The position numbers and the translations under genes were made by a program. A DNA stretch of 60,066 nucleotides, taken from NCBI RefSeq assembly GCF_004010195.1, contig NC_057718.1, positions 20,728,223 to 20,788,288 on the forward strand, read 5' to 3'. The notes under the pieces are model-generated. The model worked only from the letters and a program-made list of their open reading frames with translations, was not told where the DNA came from and did no database searches. The DNA is from Chiloscyllium plagiosum. Lineage: Eukaryota. The first letter of the stretch is position 1; every line of letters begins with the position of its first letter. Below are positions 40,145-51,426 of the stretch, piece after piece.

Positions 40145-41225
40145 CTAAAACAAGGGCATTCAACATTTATGTGCACAGTACTGATTCAAGTTTATTTAGA
40201 CATTTGTAAACAACAAACACAAATAAGATCTGATCATCTTAACAAACCTGACAATTTACTTGCTTATAAAAGCACACAAAAGTGTGTTCTGATTTCCAAA
40301 GAGCACATTATATGCGTACGCTATTGTCAAAATACCTTTATCTTTCATAATAATTTCAACATATTCATGATAGACATGGCAGACAAACTAAAGCTGGAAG
40401 TCAATGCACTCCCTTTCCTGCTTGCTTTGTGTTGTCACAATTTCACCATTAGCTAGGACTGCAGCATATCATCCTACTGCTTGACTGCTCATCTTACTTG
40501 AGGCAGAAGCATGTTGTCACAGGACACTACATCCTGCCATCATATTCATCATCATGGACCAACATATCATCACCAATCCAGATGCAGCAAATTGAATTTG
40601 AAGTTTAAATTGAACTCAAAACCACATGGCTGAAAGCCAAGTGCTGTTACTACCATGCCTCCAGTGAATCAACATTTGTGATTCAATGCTATCTGAGAAT
40701 CTAGAGTTCACACTAATTATTTTTTCACCAATACTTATGGGGATATTGACAGTACTTCAACTTCTACATGGGAGGGGCATGGCAGTGATCTCTGAATGCC
40801 ATCCTCTATCCTTGCCTCCCAACCTCCTTCACTCTATCAGATGATAAAGATGACTTTCCTTCTTATTCCTGGGGTCCAGCACAGAGTGAAACATTACATG
40901 TTCTCCAACAACTTACATTGCTAGTCTTACTAATTTAGGTAAGCACCTCAAGGAAAACTTTTCATTTACATATTAATTTTCATGTCCTCAGGATATTCCG
41001 AAAAACATTCAGCAAATTAAACACTTCTGCAGTATAGGGAGTGCCTTTTCATATGAATTATAGAAAATTAACATGCAGGTACAGCAAGAAATTAGAAAAG
41101 GAAATAGTACACACTCCTATTCCCAATCCATATGTTCATAAATGAGGCCCAGATCATGTGAAAAAGTATTAAAATATGGATAAAACGTAACTGCAATTTT
41201 TAACTTGCTTAGTAATAATTCATAC

Positions 41226-41273
41226 CTCTCTTAAAAGTTTGTCCAGTTGTCCAATCACATGTGAAGGTGTTGT
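41226..41273 (-). CDS. SLC30A6: SLC30A6 internal exon (48 bp)
   Basis: aaacag|TTPSHVIGQLDKLLRE|gtatg, phase 0/0. Confidence 0.95.
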
Positions 41274-41420
41274 CTGTTTTTAAAAAAATCCAGTGTACTT
41301 TTAGAAATATTAGAGGCACAGCAGCAAGCTCAATTATGAATACTTATGCAGGAAATATACTTATTCACAAAATGAATCATTTTGCCTCTCCTCATTTTCA
41401 ATTCCATGTTACTGATGAAA

Positions 41421-41641
41421 CAGTCAGTTCTTTTCTAATGCAATGGTTGTGCTCCTCTATAACCCTGGGGTTACAGAAAAATTGTTCTTTAGAAGCAGTG
41501 CTTAAAGTGTTGGTGATGTAATTGCATTACAGTCAACACACGTTTTAAAAGTTTCTGCTTTCGCATAATGCCTCCAATTTGTCAATCACATTACAGCGAA
41601 TTAGTGTTGACAAAACATGCATTATAGCAGAATGATCTGTA
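41421..41641. mobile_element. MITE, probably Tc1/mariner-type, with degenerate TIRs
   Basis: Left cagtcagttcttttctaatgc versus right gcattatagcagaatgatctg followed by TA. A second homologous copy lies at 49860-50056. Confidence 0.6.
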
Positions 41642-42055
41642 CCATTCTCAAATTCTGCCATTTAAATCCAACGAAAGACAAAAGGTAAGCCTTTAAAATG
41701 CTGTATGATGTAATTCTTGCATAAACACTCTTAATCCATCACCTTAAAGTTGGTTCCATCTTGACTAAAACAGTGTCAGACCTGTTTCATCAGTGTTAGA
41801 GCATTCACATTTTTTTCCTCTAAACATAATCTAGGTTTTTTGGAAAAATAAGCAAATTGAAATAGATATTGTATGATTATTTTCTGCATTAAATAATGTT
41901 TTAATGAGATCCTATTTATACAAAAAAATTGCTCTTAGTCACATGGGAAATTAATAGTCTGCATTACTGAAGTTTTAGCAAGAACTTGATTTACAGATAA
42001 CGACAGACTGAGTTGCTACTTCACAAGGTTGGGCATGAGGCAAGAGGATTCTTAC

Positions 42056-42158
42056 CTGAAGCAGAACCTTTCCACTGTAAACACTCATAGGATACATGGT
42101 GCCAAATGTCATAACAGCAATGGCTATAGCGGAGGCTGTGTCCACTGCAAAATAATTA
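42056..42158 (-). CDS. SLC30A6: SLC30A6 internal exon (103 bp; last TM helix)
   Basis: tttcag|t-NYFAVDTASAIAIAVMTFGTMYPMSVYSGKVLLQ|gtaag, phase 2/0. Confidence 0.97.
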
Positions 42159-42858
42159 CTGAAAATAAAGACAAAAATATTGGTGGTCAAAAGATAAAAA
42201 TACACTTCTCATAGCTAGTTAAAATACCAAATGTACTTTAACATAAATAAATGTGAGGTACTTTAGTCGGATTATGATCTTGACTTCAGAAAATAAGGGT
42301 GACAATTTCCTCTTCCTGGAGGTGGAAAGAAGGGAAAATAATGGAGTGAGTTGGCCATACTTCACCTGAGCAACTAAGAGTTAGCTGAGACGGGCCAATC
42401 GGGACTTTCTGTACTCATTTACAATTAAAGCTCTTACAGTAGTCAATAACCTGCAACTTAAAGGTGTCTAATCTGGCACATCCCAGAGGGTGAAAAAGGT
42501 GGCTGGTTTGCCAACCTGCCTGTTCAGGATATGGGACAGGGCGGGTTGCCTCCAAGTGCCCAGTCTGACGGCAATTGAAGGAATTGATGGGGGATATGGG
42601 GCTGACCGCTGAATGCCAACCCGACCATTGCCTCACAACCTCCTTCACTCCATCAGATGATTAAAAAAAAGATAGACCTTCAAAGGAATAGGCCTTGACT
42701 GGTGGACTTTTGGACCGAGAAGCTGCCTGTCTCTGATTGTTCAGCAGCTTCTACTGACACAGGTTTACCATGTTTGTGATAGGGTGAGATATTCATCCTT
42801 GCTGGACTGTCAGCTCTTAATTAGTTGATTGGCAGATGCTTGTGTGATTTACCTTTGT

Positions 42859-43070
42859 CGAGAGGAGAAAGTGAGGGCTGCAGATGCTAGAGATCAGAGC
42901 TGAAAATGTGTTGCTGGAAAAGCGCAGCAGGTCAGGCAGCATCCAAGGAACAGGAGAATCGACGTTTCGGGCATAAGCCTGAAGAAGGGCTTATGCCCAA
43001 AACGTCGATTCTCCTGTTCCTTGGATGCTGCCTGACCTGCTGCGCTTTTCCAGCAACACATTTTCAGCTC
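42859..43070. mobile_element. Palindromic PLE insertion (inverted pLTR pair)
   Basis: 87-bp inverted arms 42893-42979 and 42988-43074 with one mismatch. TSD tgatttacctttgt (42845-42858) and tgatttatctttgt (43071-43084). A 34-bp extra tail is present on the left arm only. Confidence 0.9.
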
Positions 43071-44401
43071 TGATTTATCTTTGTGGTTGAGGTGATATGT
43101 GCATCACCAATTAAAATGCAGAATCTCAGAACTATTACAGCACAGGGCGATGAAATTTAACAATTGCATCTGCACTGGCTCTCTCCATGAGAACCAACCT
43201 TGTGTATTTCCCCTGCCCCCTTCCTGCAACCTTTCATATTATTCCTTTCAAATAAAAGTATAATTCCCTTCTGATGCCTTGACTGAGCCTGCCTCCACCA
43301 AACACTGAGACGGCACATTCCATACTAACCCCAACCACTAACATACACACCTGTCGCCACAGTTAGAAAAAGTATAAAAACATTTTGCTCTAAGAAACTG
43401 ACAGGGAAATGAGGAAAGAGATCTAGGGATACAACTAAATAAACATATTAGTGAGATTACAAGTCAGTACACTGATTTAAAATTTTAACAAAACAACACA
43501 CGAGAATATCTGTGGGTATACAGGAACATAGAAACTAGGTGCAGCAGTAGACCATTCAGCTTTGAGTTTGCTCCATCATTCAAAATGATCATGGGTGTGT
43601 GTGCAAATCAGTACCCTCTTCCTGCTTTTTCCCCAATGGCTTTTGATCCCTTTAGCCCCAAGACTGATTGCACCTAAATTGGAAGAGAACTAATATATTG
43701 GCAGGGAGATTTGCTAGAGCTGCTTGGGAGGATTTAAACTAGTAAGGTCGGGGGTGGGTGGGTGGGATCCAGGGAGATAGTGAGGAAAGAGAACAGAAGC
43801 AAGTTAAGCAGTCAGGGCAGGCAGGGACAAAGCAGAAAACAAGGTAGGACTGATAAATTAAACTGCATTTATTTCAATGCAAGAGGCTTAACAGGGAAGG
43901 CAGATGAACTCAGGGCATGGTTAGGAATATGGGACTGGGATATCATAGCAATTACAGAAACATGGCTCAGGGCTGGTCAGGACTGGCAGCTTAATGTTCC
44001 AGGATACAAATGCTACAGGAAGTACTGAAAGGGAGGAGGGAGAGTGACGTTTTTGATAAGGGATAGCATTACAGCTGTACTGAGGGAGGATATTCCTGGA
44101 AATACATCCAGGGAAGTTATTTGGGTGAAACTGAGATATGAGAAAGGGATAATCACCTTAGTGGGATTGTATTATAGACCCCTAATACTCAGAGGGAAAT
44201 TGAGAAACAAATTTGTAAGAAGATCTCAGTTATCTATAAGAATAATAGAGTTGTTATGGCAGGGGATTTTAACTTTCCAAACATAGACTGGGACTGCCAC
44301 AGTGTTGAGGGTTTAGATGGAGAGGGATTTGTTAAGTGTGTACAAGGAAATTTTCTGATTCAGTATGTGCACGTACCTACTTGAAAAGATGTAAAACTTG
44401 A

Positions 44402-44501
44402 AGAAGGATTCCTGAAGAAGGGCCTGTGCCCGAAACGTCGAATCTCCTGTTCCCTGGATGCTGCCTGACCTGCTGTGCTGTTCCAGCAATAAAGTTTCAA
44501 C
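44402..44501 (+). mobile_element. 100-bp PLE pLTR mini-insertion with perfect 12-bp TSD inside CR1
   Basis: TSD tgtaaaacttga at 44390-44401 and 44502-44513. Confidence 0.9.
44407..44444 (+). ncRNA. Minimal type I hammerhead ribozyme motif, best-formed copy
   Basis: GAUUC-CUGAAGA-A-GGGC-cugu-GCCC-GAAAC-GUC-GAAUC. Perfect 5-bp stem I, 4-bp stem II, loopless palindromic stem III. Predicted cleavage after C44439. Confidence 0.78.
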
Positions 44502-47500
44502 TGTAAAACTTGACCTACTCTTGGGAAATAAGGCAGGGCAGGTGACTGAGGTGTCAGTGGGGAAGCACTTTGGGGCCAGCGACCATAATTCTATTAATAT
44601 TAAAATAATGATGGAAAAGGATAGACCAGATCTAAAAGTTGAAGTTATAAACTGGAGAAAGGCGAATTTTGATGGCATTAAGGAAGAACTTTCATTTGCT
44701 AAATGGCAGAAAATGTTCGCAGGTAAAGGGATGGCAGGAAAATGGGAAACCTTCAGAAATGAGATAACGAGAGTCCAGAGACAATGTGTTCCTGCTAGGA
44801 TGAAAGGAAAGACTGGTAGATGGAGGCAATACTGGATGACTAAAAAAAAATTGAGAGTTTGATGAAGAAAAATAAGGAAGCATATGTCAGGTATAGACAG
44901 GATAGATTGAGTGAATCCTTAGAAGAGTATAAAGGCAGTAGGAGTATACTTAAGAGGGAAATCAGGAGGGCGAAAAGGGAACATGAGATAGCTTTGGTAA
45001 ATAGAGTTAAGGAGAATCCAAAGGGTTTTTACAAATACATCCAGGACAAAAGGGTAACTAGGGAGAGAATAGGGCCCCTCAAAGATCAGCAAGGCAGCCT
45101 TTGTGTGGAGCTGCAAGAGATGGGGGAAGATACTAAACATGTATTTTGCATCAGTGCTTACTGTGGAGAAGGACGTGGAAGATATAAAATGTAGGGAAAT
45201 AGATGGTGGCATCTTGAAAAATGCCCATATTACAGAGGAGGAAGTGCTGGATGCCGTGAAACGCATAAAGGTGGATAAATCCCCAAGACCTGATCAAGCT
45301 TACTCTAAAACTCTGTGGGAAGCTCGGGAAGTGATTGCTGGGCCTCTTGCTGAGATATTTGTATTATCAATCGTCACAGGTGAGGTGCCAGAAGACTGGA
45401 GGTTGGCTAACATGGTGCCACTGTTTAAGAAAGGTGGTAAGGACAAGCCAGGGAACTACAGACCAATGAGCCTGACATCGGTGGTGGGCAAGTTGTTGGA
45501 GGGAATCTTGAGGGACAGGATGTACATGTATTTGGAAAGGCAAGGATGGATTCGGGATAGTCAACATGGCTTTGTGCGTGGGAAATCATGTCTCACAAAC
45601 TTGATTGAGTTTTTTGAAGAAGTAACAAAGAGGATTGATGAGGGCAAAGCAGTAGACATGATTTATATGGATTTCAGTAAGGCGTTCGACAAGGTTCCCC
45701 TTAGGAGACTGATTAGCAAGGTTAGATCTCATGGAATACCAGGAAAACTAGCCATTTGGATACAGAAGTGGCTCAAAGGTAGAAGACAGAGGGTGGTGGT
45801 GGTGGAGGGTTGTTTTTCAGACTGGTGGCCTGAGAGCAGTGGAGTGCCACAAGGATTGGTGCTGGGTCCTCTACCTTTTGTCATTTACATAAGTGATTTG
45901 GATGTGAGCATAAGCGGTACAGTTAGTACGTTTGCAGATGACAACAAAATTGGAGGTGTAATGGACAGCGAAGGAGGTTATCTCAGATCTTGACCAGATG
46001 GGATCTTGACCAGATGGGCTGAGAAGTGGCAGATGGAGTTTAATTCAGATAAATGCAAGGTGCTGTATTTTGGGAAAGCAAATCTTAGCAGGACTTATAC
46101 ACTTCATAGTAAGTTACTCGGGACTGTTACTGAACAAAGAAACCTTGGAGTGCAGGTTCATAGCTCCTTGAAAGTGGAGTCGCAGGTAGGCATTTGGTAT
46201 GCTTTCCTTTATTGGCCAGTGTATTGAATATAGGCATTGGGAGGTCATGTTGCAGAGGACATTGATTAGGCCACTTTTGGAATATTGCATGCAATTCTGG
46301 TCTCCTTCCTATCGGAAAGATGTTGTGAAATTTGAAAGGGTTCAGAAAATATTTACAACGATGTTGCCAGGGTTGGAGGATTCGAGCTTTAGGGAGAGAC
46401 TGAATAGGCTGGGGCTGTTTTCCCTGGAGCATCAAAGGCTGAGGGGGTGACCTTACAGAGGTTTACAAAATCAATGAGGAGCATGGATAGGATAAATAGA
46501 CAAAGTCTTTTCCCTCAAGTGGGGGAGTCCAGAACTAGAAACCATAGGTTTAGGGTGAGATGGGAAAGACACAGAAGAGATCTATGGGGCAACTTTTTCA
46601 CACAGAGGGTGGTGCGTGTATGGAATGAGCTGCCAGAGGATGAGGAGGAGTCTGGTACAATTGCACCATTTAAAAGGCATATGGTTGGGTATGTGAATAG
46701 GAAGGGTTTGGAGGGATATGGGTTGGGTGCTCACGGGTGGGACTAGATTGGGTTAGGATATCTGGTCGGCATGGATGAGTTAGACCGAAGGATCTGTTTC
46801 TGTGCCATATGTCTCTATGACTCCTTTCTGGCACTAGTTCTGTGACCTCAATGTTTTCAATGGCAGAGAATTCCACAGGCTCACCCCACTCGAGGTGAAA
46901 AAAGTCTTATCTCAATCTAAGTGACCTATTCTGTATCATTAAACGTTGATCCCAGTTCTGGACCTTTTAAATATAATTGGGGTTAGGGCTTTAATTCAAA
47001 AGTAATAAAGCTATGTTAAATGTGGATAGGATCTAAAAAGGACACAAAAGGACTAGTGCAAACATGACTTACAAGGATGATAGCAAAACTGGGAGTGTTT
47101 AGCTATTTGAAAAGATTTCAAAAGGTTTTTTCATTAGGAAAAGGACAACGTAGAGGTGATCTGATGGAGCCTCAAAAGTTATGAATGATGTGAGCAAAAG
47201 AATCTTTCAAATTGTAGAATAATTCAAAATTAGGGGTCATCAATACAAGATGAAAATTCAAAAGGGAAATAAAAATTTAAAACATTTTACTCAACAGTGA
47301 CTAGAATGTACATCTCACCGTCTCAGGATGAAGCTGAAACAAACAGATTAGATGAACACTGAATGAGCACATGAAAGAAAAAGGATTAGAAAAATTGCCT
47401 GAAAGGCAGAGATGAGGTGGATGGAATAATTGGAGATTTGTTAAAAATATAAACATCACCACTGACTATTTGGGCCAAATGGCGAACATTTGTGCTGTAT

Positions 47501-48054
47501 ATTCCATGTAACATAGAACATACAAACATATGAGTTAAAGGAGATTACAGAGCTTGGGAGTAGGCAAGGCTCTGAAGGGAAAAGCATAGGTACAAGGGAG
47601 TTTCAAATTTACAAGTAGCTAGCGTCATACTGGTCAACAAGGCTTAAGTAAAGGTGCAAGATGAGCAAGTAATACATTAGGTTAACAGACCCAAAAATGT
47701 GGATAAGGGTTTTAACAACAGATGCTTTCTAGGATGTGGGGTTGGACATCACATGACTCCAGGTTTATTTGAAATCACTAGCTTTCAGTGGGCTGCCCTT
47801 TCATCACCTGACTTCTGACTTTGACCAAGCAGACACTAAAGCTGAGACTGAAGTGGGATATGTTGTGGATGTGAAAATAGCAATCTTGGAGATTAATAAA
47901 AATCCAGGCTTGGAGCTGAATTTAGAACTGATCACACTGTCAAAAGTTTTGTACTGCTTGGTTCATTCTAAGAAAAGAAGATATTGTCTGACATCGGCCA
48001 AAAATGATTATTTCAGTCTTCTTAATGTTGAGGTGGAAGAATTTGACCAAATTA

Positions 48055-48650
48055 GGCTATTTAATGCATTTATGGGACATGGTGTTGCTGGCTGACCAGC
48101 ATTTATCACTCATCCCGAGTTGCCCTTGAGCTGACAGTGATGAGCTGCCTTCTTGAACCACTGCAGTCCATTTTGCTGTAATTTGGAGGTGCTGGTGTTG
48201 AGTTGGGGTGGCCAAAGTTAAAAATTGCACAACACCAGGTTATAGTCTAACAGGTTTATTTGGAAGCACTAGCTTTCAGATCGCCGCTCCTTCATCAGGT
48301 GGTTGGAATTCTAGGATTTTGACCCAGTGACAGTGAAGGAACGGTAATATATTTTCAAGTCATGATGGTGAGGGGCTTGCAGGAGTACTTGCAAATGGTG
48401 GTGTTCCTACATATCTGATGCTGTTGTCCTTCTAAATGGAAGTAAGCGTGGGTTTGCAAGGTCCTATCTAACGATCTCTGATGAATTTTCAGTGCATCTT
48501 GTAGATAGTATATATTGCCTCTATTGAGCGTCAGTGGAGGAGGGAGTGGATGTTTGTCAATGTGGGGCCAAACAAGTGGACTACATTTGTCCCGATCATG
48601 TCAAGCTTCTTGAGTGTTATTAGAGCTATTACCATCCATACAAGTGAGAG
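48055..48650 (-). mobile_element. L2/CR1-group LINE 3' fragment with PLE insert
   Basis: ccagcatttatcactcatccc...gcccttgag is the complement of the 3' end. Internal cagtgcatcttgtagatagtata is homologous to the 12490, 15470 and 16340 copies. Confidence 0.7.
48184..48305 (-). mobile_element. ~120-bp PLE (second family) pLTR mini-insertion with hammerhead motif
   Basis: Minus strand cac-CTGATGA-aggagcggcgatct-GAAAG-CTA-gtg (core 48270-48298), then cttccaaataaacctgtt...tail. Homology ends ~7 nt upstream of the core. Confidence 0.78.
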
Positions 48651-48704
48651 TAGAAGGCGTTCAGCATGCTTGCCTTCATTGCTTACACCTTTGAGTTGGA
48701 ATGT

Positions 48705-48833
48705 CATAGAATCATAGAATCCCTACAGTGTGGAAACAGGCCCTTTGGCCCAACAAGTCCACACCGACCATCCGAAGAGTATTTCACCCAGATCCATTCC
48801 CCTCCCCTGTTATCCTATATTTACCCTGACTGA
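48705..48833 (-). mobile_element. HE1 SINE 3' fragment inside an old CR1 remnant
   Basis: (tcatagaa)2 tail then cagtgtggaaacaggccctttggcccaacaagtccacacc. Confidence 0.8.
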
Positions 48834-48884
48834 CAACATCATGTTGAGGGTGTAGAGGACGTTGTTGATATTTCTTCTGGAGTA

Positions 48885-49048
48885 AGTTAAAAATTACACA
48901 ACACTACGTTAAAGTCCAACAGCTTTATTTGGAAGTACAAGCTGTCAGAGCACTGCTTGTGCTTCCAAATAAACCTGTTGGACTATAACCTGATGTGTGA
49001 TTTTTAGCTTTGCCCACCCCTGTCAAACACTGGCACCTCCACAGCACA
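48885..49048. mobile_element. Older palindromic PLE insertion (second family)
   Basis: Imperfect inverted arms ~48885-48942 and 48955-49010, with a tail on the right arm only. Degenerate TSD tcttctggagta / tcttctctatta. Confidence 0.78.
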
Positions 49049-49260
49049 TCTTCTCTATTACTGTGTGCAGCTCCGTCACCTGCATTACTGGGGAGTAGAC
49101 ATCAACAAGGACAAAGGATAACTCATCATTATTCACATTTTAATACATTGAGAAGTTTGATTTTAAAATGTCATTGTATTTAATAGTCTCCATTAATGGT
49201 CCATTTGCATATTTCTCAAAGATGAGGGTCAGTACAAAACTTCCAATCTATATCACTTAC

Positions 49261-49380
49261 TTTATTTCAATCAGCATGTAGGTGATGCAAAGTGCCAGTG
49301 CTCCTGCAAGGTCAATCAGGACAAATGGATTCATGCGAGGAAGTAAGATATTGCTTAAACTTGGAATTATTCCACATAAA
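49261..49380 (-). CDS. SLC30A6: SLC30A6 internal exon (120 bp; includes TM V)
   Basis: ttttgtttccag|t-LCGIIPSLSNILLPRMNPFVLIDLAGALALCITYMLIEI-aa|gtaagt, phase 2/2. Not in the ORF track; found by reading the minus strand. Confidence 0.96.
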
Positions 49381-49859
49381 CTGGAAACAAAATATAAGTG
49401 TTTTTAGATATAATCCTTCTGAAAAATGTTTAAGTAATTTTTGTCAATTAAATCTTCCTAATTTTTTTAGTGCTGAGCTACTGCATGGACAGAAAACAAC
49501 AATTTTTGCTTTATCTCATACAATTTATTATTCTAAGTAACTGATTCTATGAGTTCTAGTGCTGACATCACCCATCAGGAGCTGTGCAAGAGTGGTCTTG
49601 AGGGCTTGTTCTCAATTTCCTTCCATAGAAAAGTGCTAAAATTCACCACTTCCCAGCATGAATAAATTTAGTGTACATTTGGTACACACTGGTAAATTGC
49701 GTGGGTCTGCATTGCAGCTAATGCACTCCAACATCAGTCTAGCCAAAATAAATGATATTATTTTAAGTGGTTTGCACCAACGCCCCATATTTCTGACACA
49801 CTCATTATTTATGACTTGACACCAAGTAAGACTTACATTCATAATCAACTTTTAAATAC

Positions 49860-50056
49860 ATAATGGTTGTGGTCTTGAGCAATCCCCCATTATAGAAAAA
49901 TTGCTTTTTACAAACAGCGCTTAAAGTGTTGGCAATGTAATCACATTTCAGCCAACATACGCTTTAAAAGTTCGCTGTTTAGAACAGCGCCCCCAATTCA
50001 TCAATCACATGACAGTGAATTCACGTTAACGAAACACGTTGTAGGAGAATGACCTG
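49860..50056. mobile_element. Second copy of the MITE at 41421-41641
   Basis: Colinear homology (aatggttgtg...gaaaaattg...gcttaaagtgttgg...tcaatcacat.acag.gaatt...agaatga.ctgt). Confidence 0.6.
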
Positions 50057-51377
50057 TGCATGGAAATGATTAATATTTATTGAGACGGCAAACATTTCAA
50101 TTTACAGTACTATTCCCTCCAATCCATTCACAATCGAGAATGGATCCTTGGGAGTGATTGAGAGGTAGTAATCTGACCCAAGGACACAGATGATCTAATA
50201 ATTTTTAAGAATGAAGCTTTAGTGCTTTTAATTATTTGAATACAAAGATGAAATTACAGCCTTGAAATTACTCCAGGGTATTTAATTCATGCCTTGTACA
50301 GTGCATATAATGTATTAGATATAATCAACTTTCTGCTCCTGTTTTATAACCTGTGTCAATGGCTACTGTGCTTCACATTATTGAAGCACAATGATATCCA
50401 TGCTTAACAATTACAAAGCAATCATGTTAAACTTCTGACAAATGAAAATATTTACATAGTATTACAGATATACTTGCTGCTTAACATGCAATGAAGCCTG
50501 TGTGAAAAAATACATTTCTCTGAATCATAGGCTATCTCATTGCAGATGTGGCAAAATTGCGAATGCAGCACAAACTGCTGAAATGTTTGATCTTTTAGCA
50601 GGCAATTTTGTAAATGTACAGTCCACTGGGACACTGCATGATCAGTATGCTCGTACCTGACAAGGTTCTTCATCTAAATCACATCAATCTGTCAGATTGT
50701 GAGGAAAGAACAAATTACAGCAACAATTACCCTTCAGCTCCTTCAAAAACTTCTAATTTGGCATCTTGTAGTAAGATCAGGGTATTTAATTTACGTTTTG
50801 AAGATGGCTTAAATTACAACATTCTCCACAATGATTCTTTTTGTGGCACAGAGACTTTACACTAGGCTTATAATGGCTGCAGGGATTCTGCTCAAATTAC
50901 CCACACTAGCAAACCTAACTACCTTGATAACAGCCCTCAGATTCACTCACTGGCTCTCAAATATATGCTGCCTACACTGACAGAAAGTGCAAGATACATT
51001 TATTTCTGACAATGCTAGTGATACTCTCTTTTCAGAGTAAGCAGAAACTGCAAGAATCAGCATTTCTGAGATTTCTAAGTTTATTTTTTATGAAAAAAGA
51101 CATTTGTTTTGGTCTCCTGGCATAACGGGTTATAACATAATTGTGATTATCCATAATTATTTGCTACTTTCAAAAGCTGCATGATTGAACAGCATATTTT
51201 ACAACTGCAAACTTAGAAAGCAGTAAAGCTGACCACATTAAGAAACTGTCAATGTATCAATGAACTAGCAGAAAGGTCATGGACCTGAAATGTTAACTCA
51301 GCTTTTCACTGTAGATGCTGTCAGATGTGCTGGGCATTCCCAGCAAAGTTTTGTTCTCATTTCTAAATCATTCCTAC

Positions 51378-51426
51378 CTTCGGCTTAGATCAGCAACATG
51401 TTCCTGGAGCCAACTTGTACTAGCAG
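51378..51426 (-). CDS. SLC30A6: SLC30A6 internal exon (49 bp), the most 5' exon found in the window
   Basis: ctttgcag|ct-ASTSWLQEHVADLSR-ag|gtagg, phase 1/2. Matches the ZnT6 loop AASTSWLQEHVADLSRS. Confidence 0.95.

Larger units (their letters stand above)
43666..46822 (+). mobile_element. Longest CR1/HER1 LINE: end of ORF1 plus complete but disrupted ORF2 (APE endonuclease + RT) and 3' UTR
   Basis: ORF1 end LHLNWKRTNILAGRFARAAWEDLN* (43668-43742). Endonuclease start CIYFNARGL...DIIAITETWL and SDH. RT ORF 45103-45993 (QHGF, DFSKAFD, PQG, FADD). Several stops and frameshifts. Nested within an older minus-strand CR1 tail (~43525-43665, 46823-46965). Confidence 0.95.

Noticed and set aside
41975..42205. 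76-aa ORF taken as a complete gene
   Set aside because: Only 42056-42158 is exon; the rest is intronic read-through past the AG and GT sites.
45103..45993. 296-aa and 283-aa (55602-56453) RT ORFs as active or domesticated genes
   Set aside because: Fragments of CR1 ORF2 flanked by stops and frameshifts. No intact endonuclease-RT frame exists in the window.
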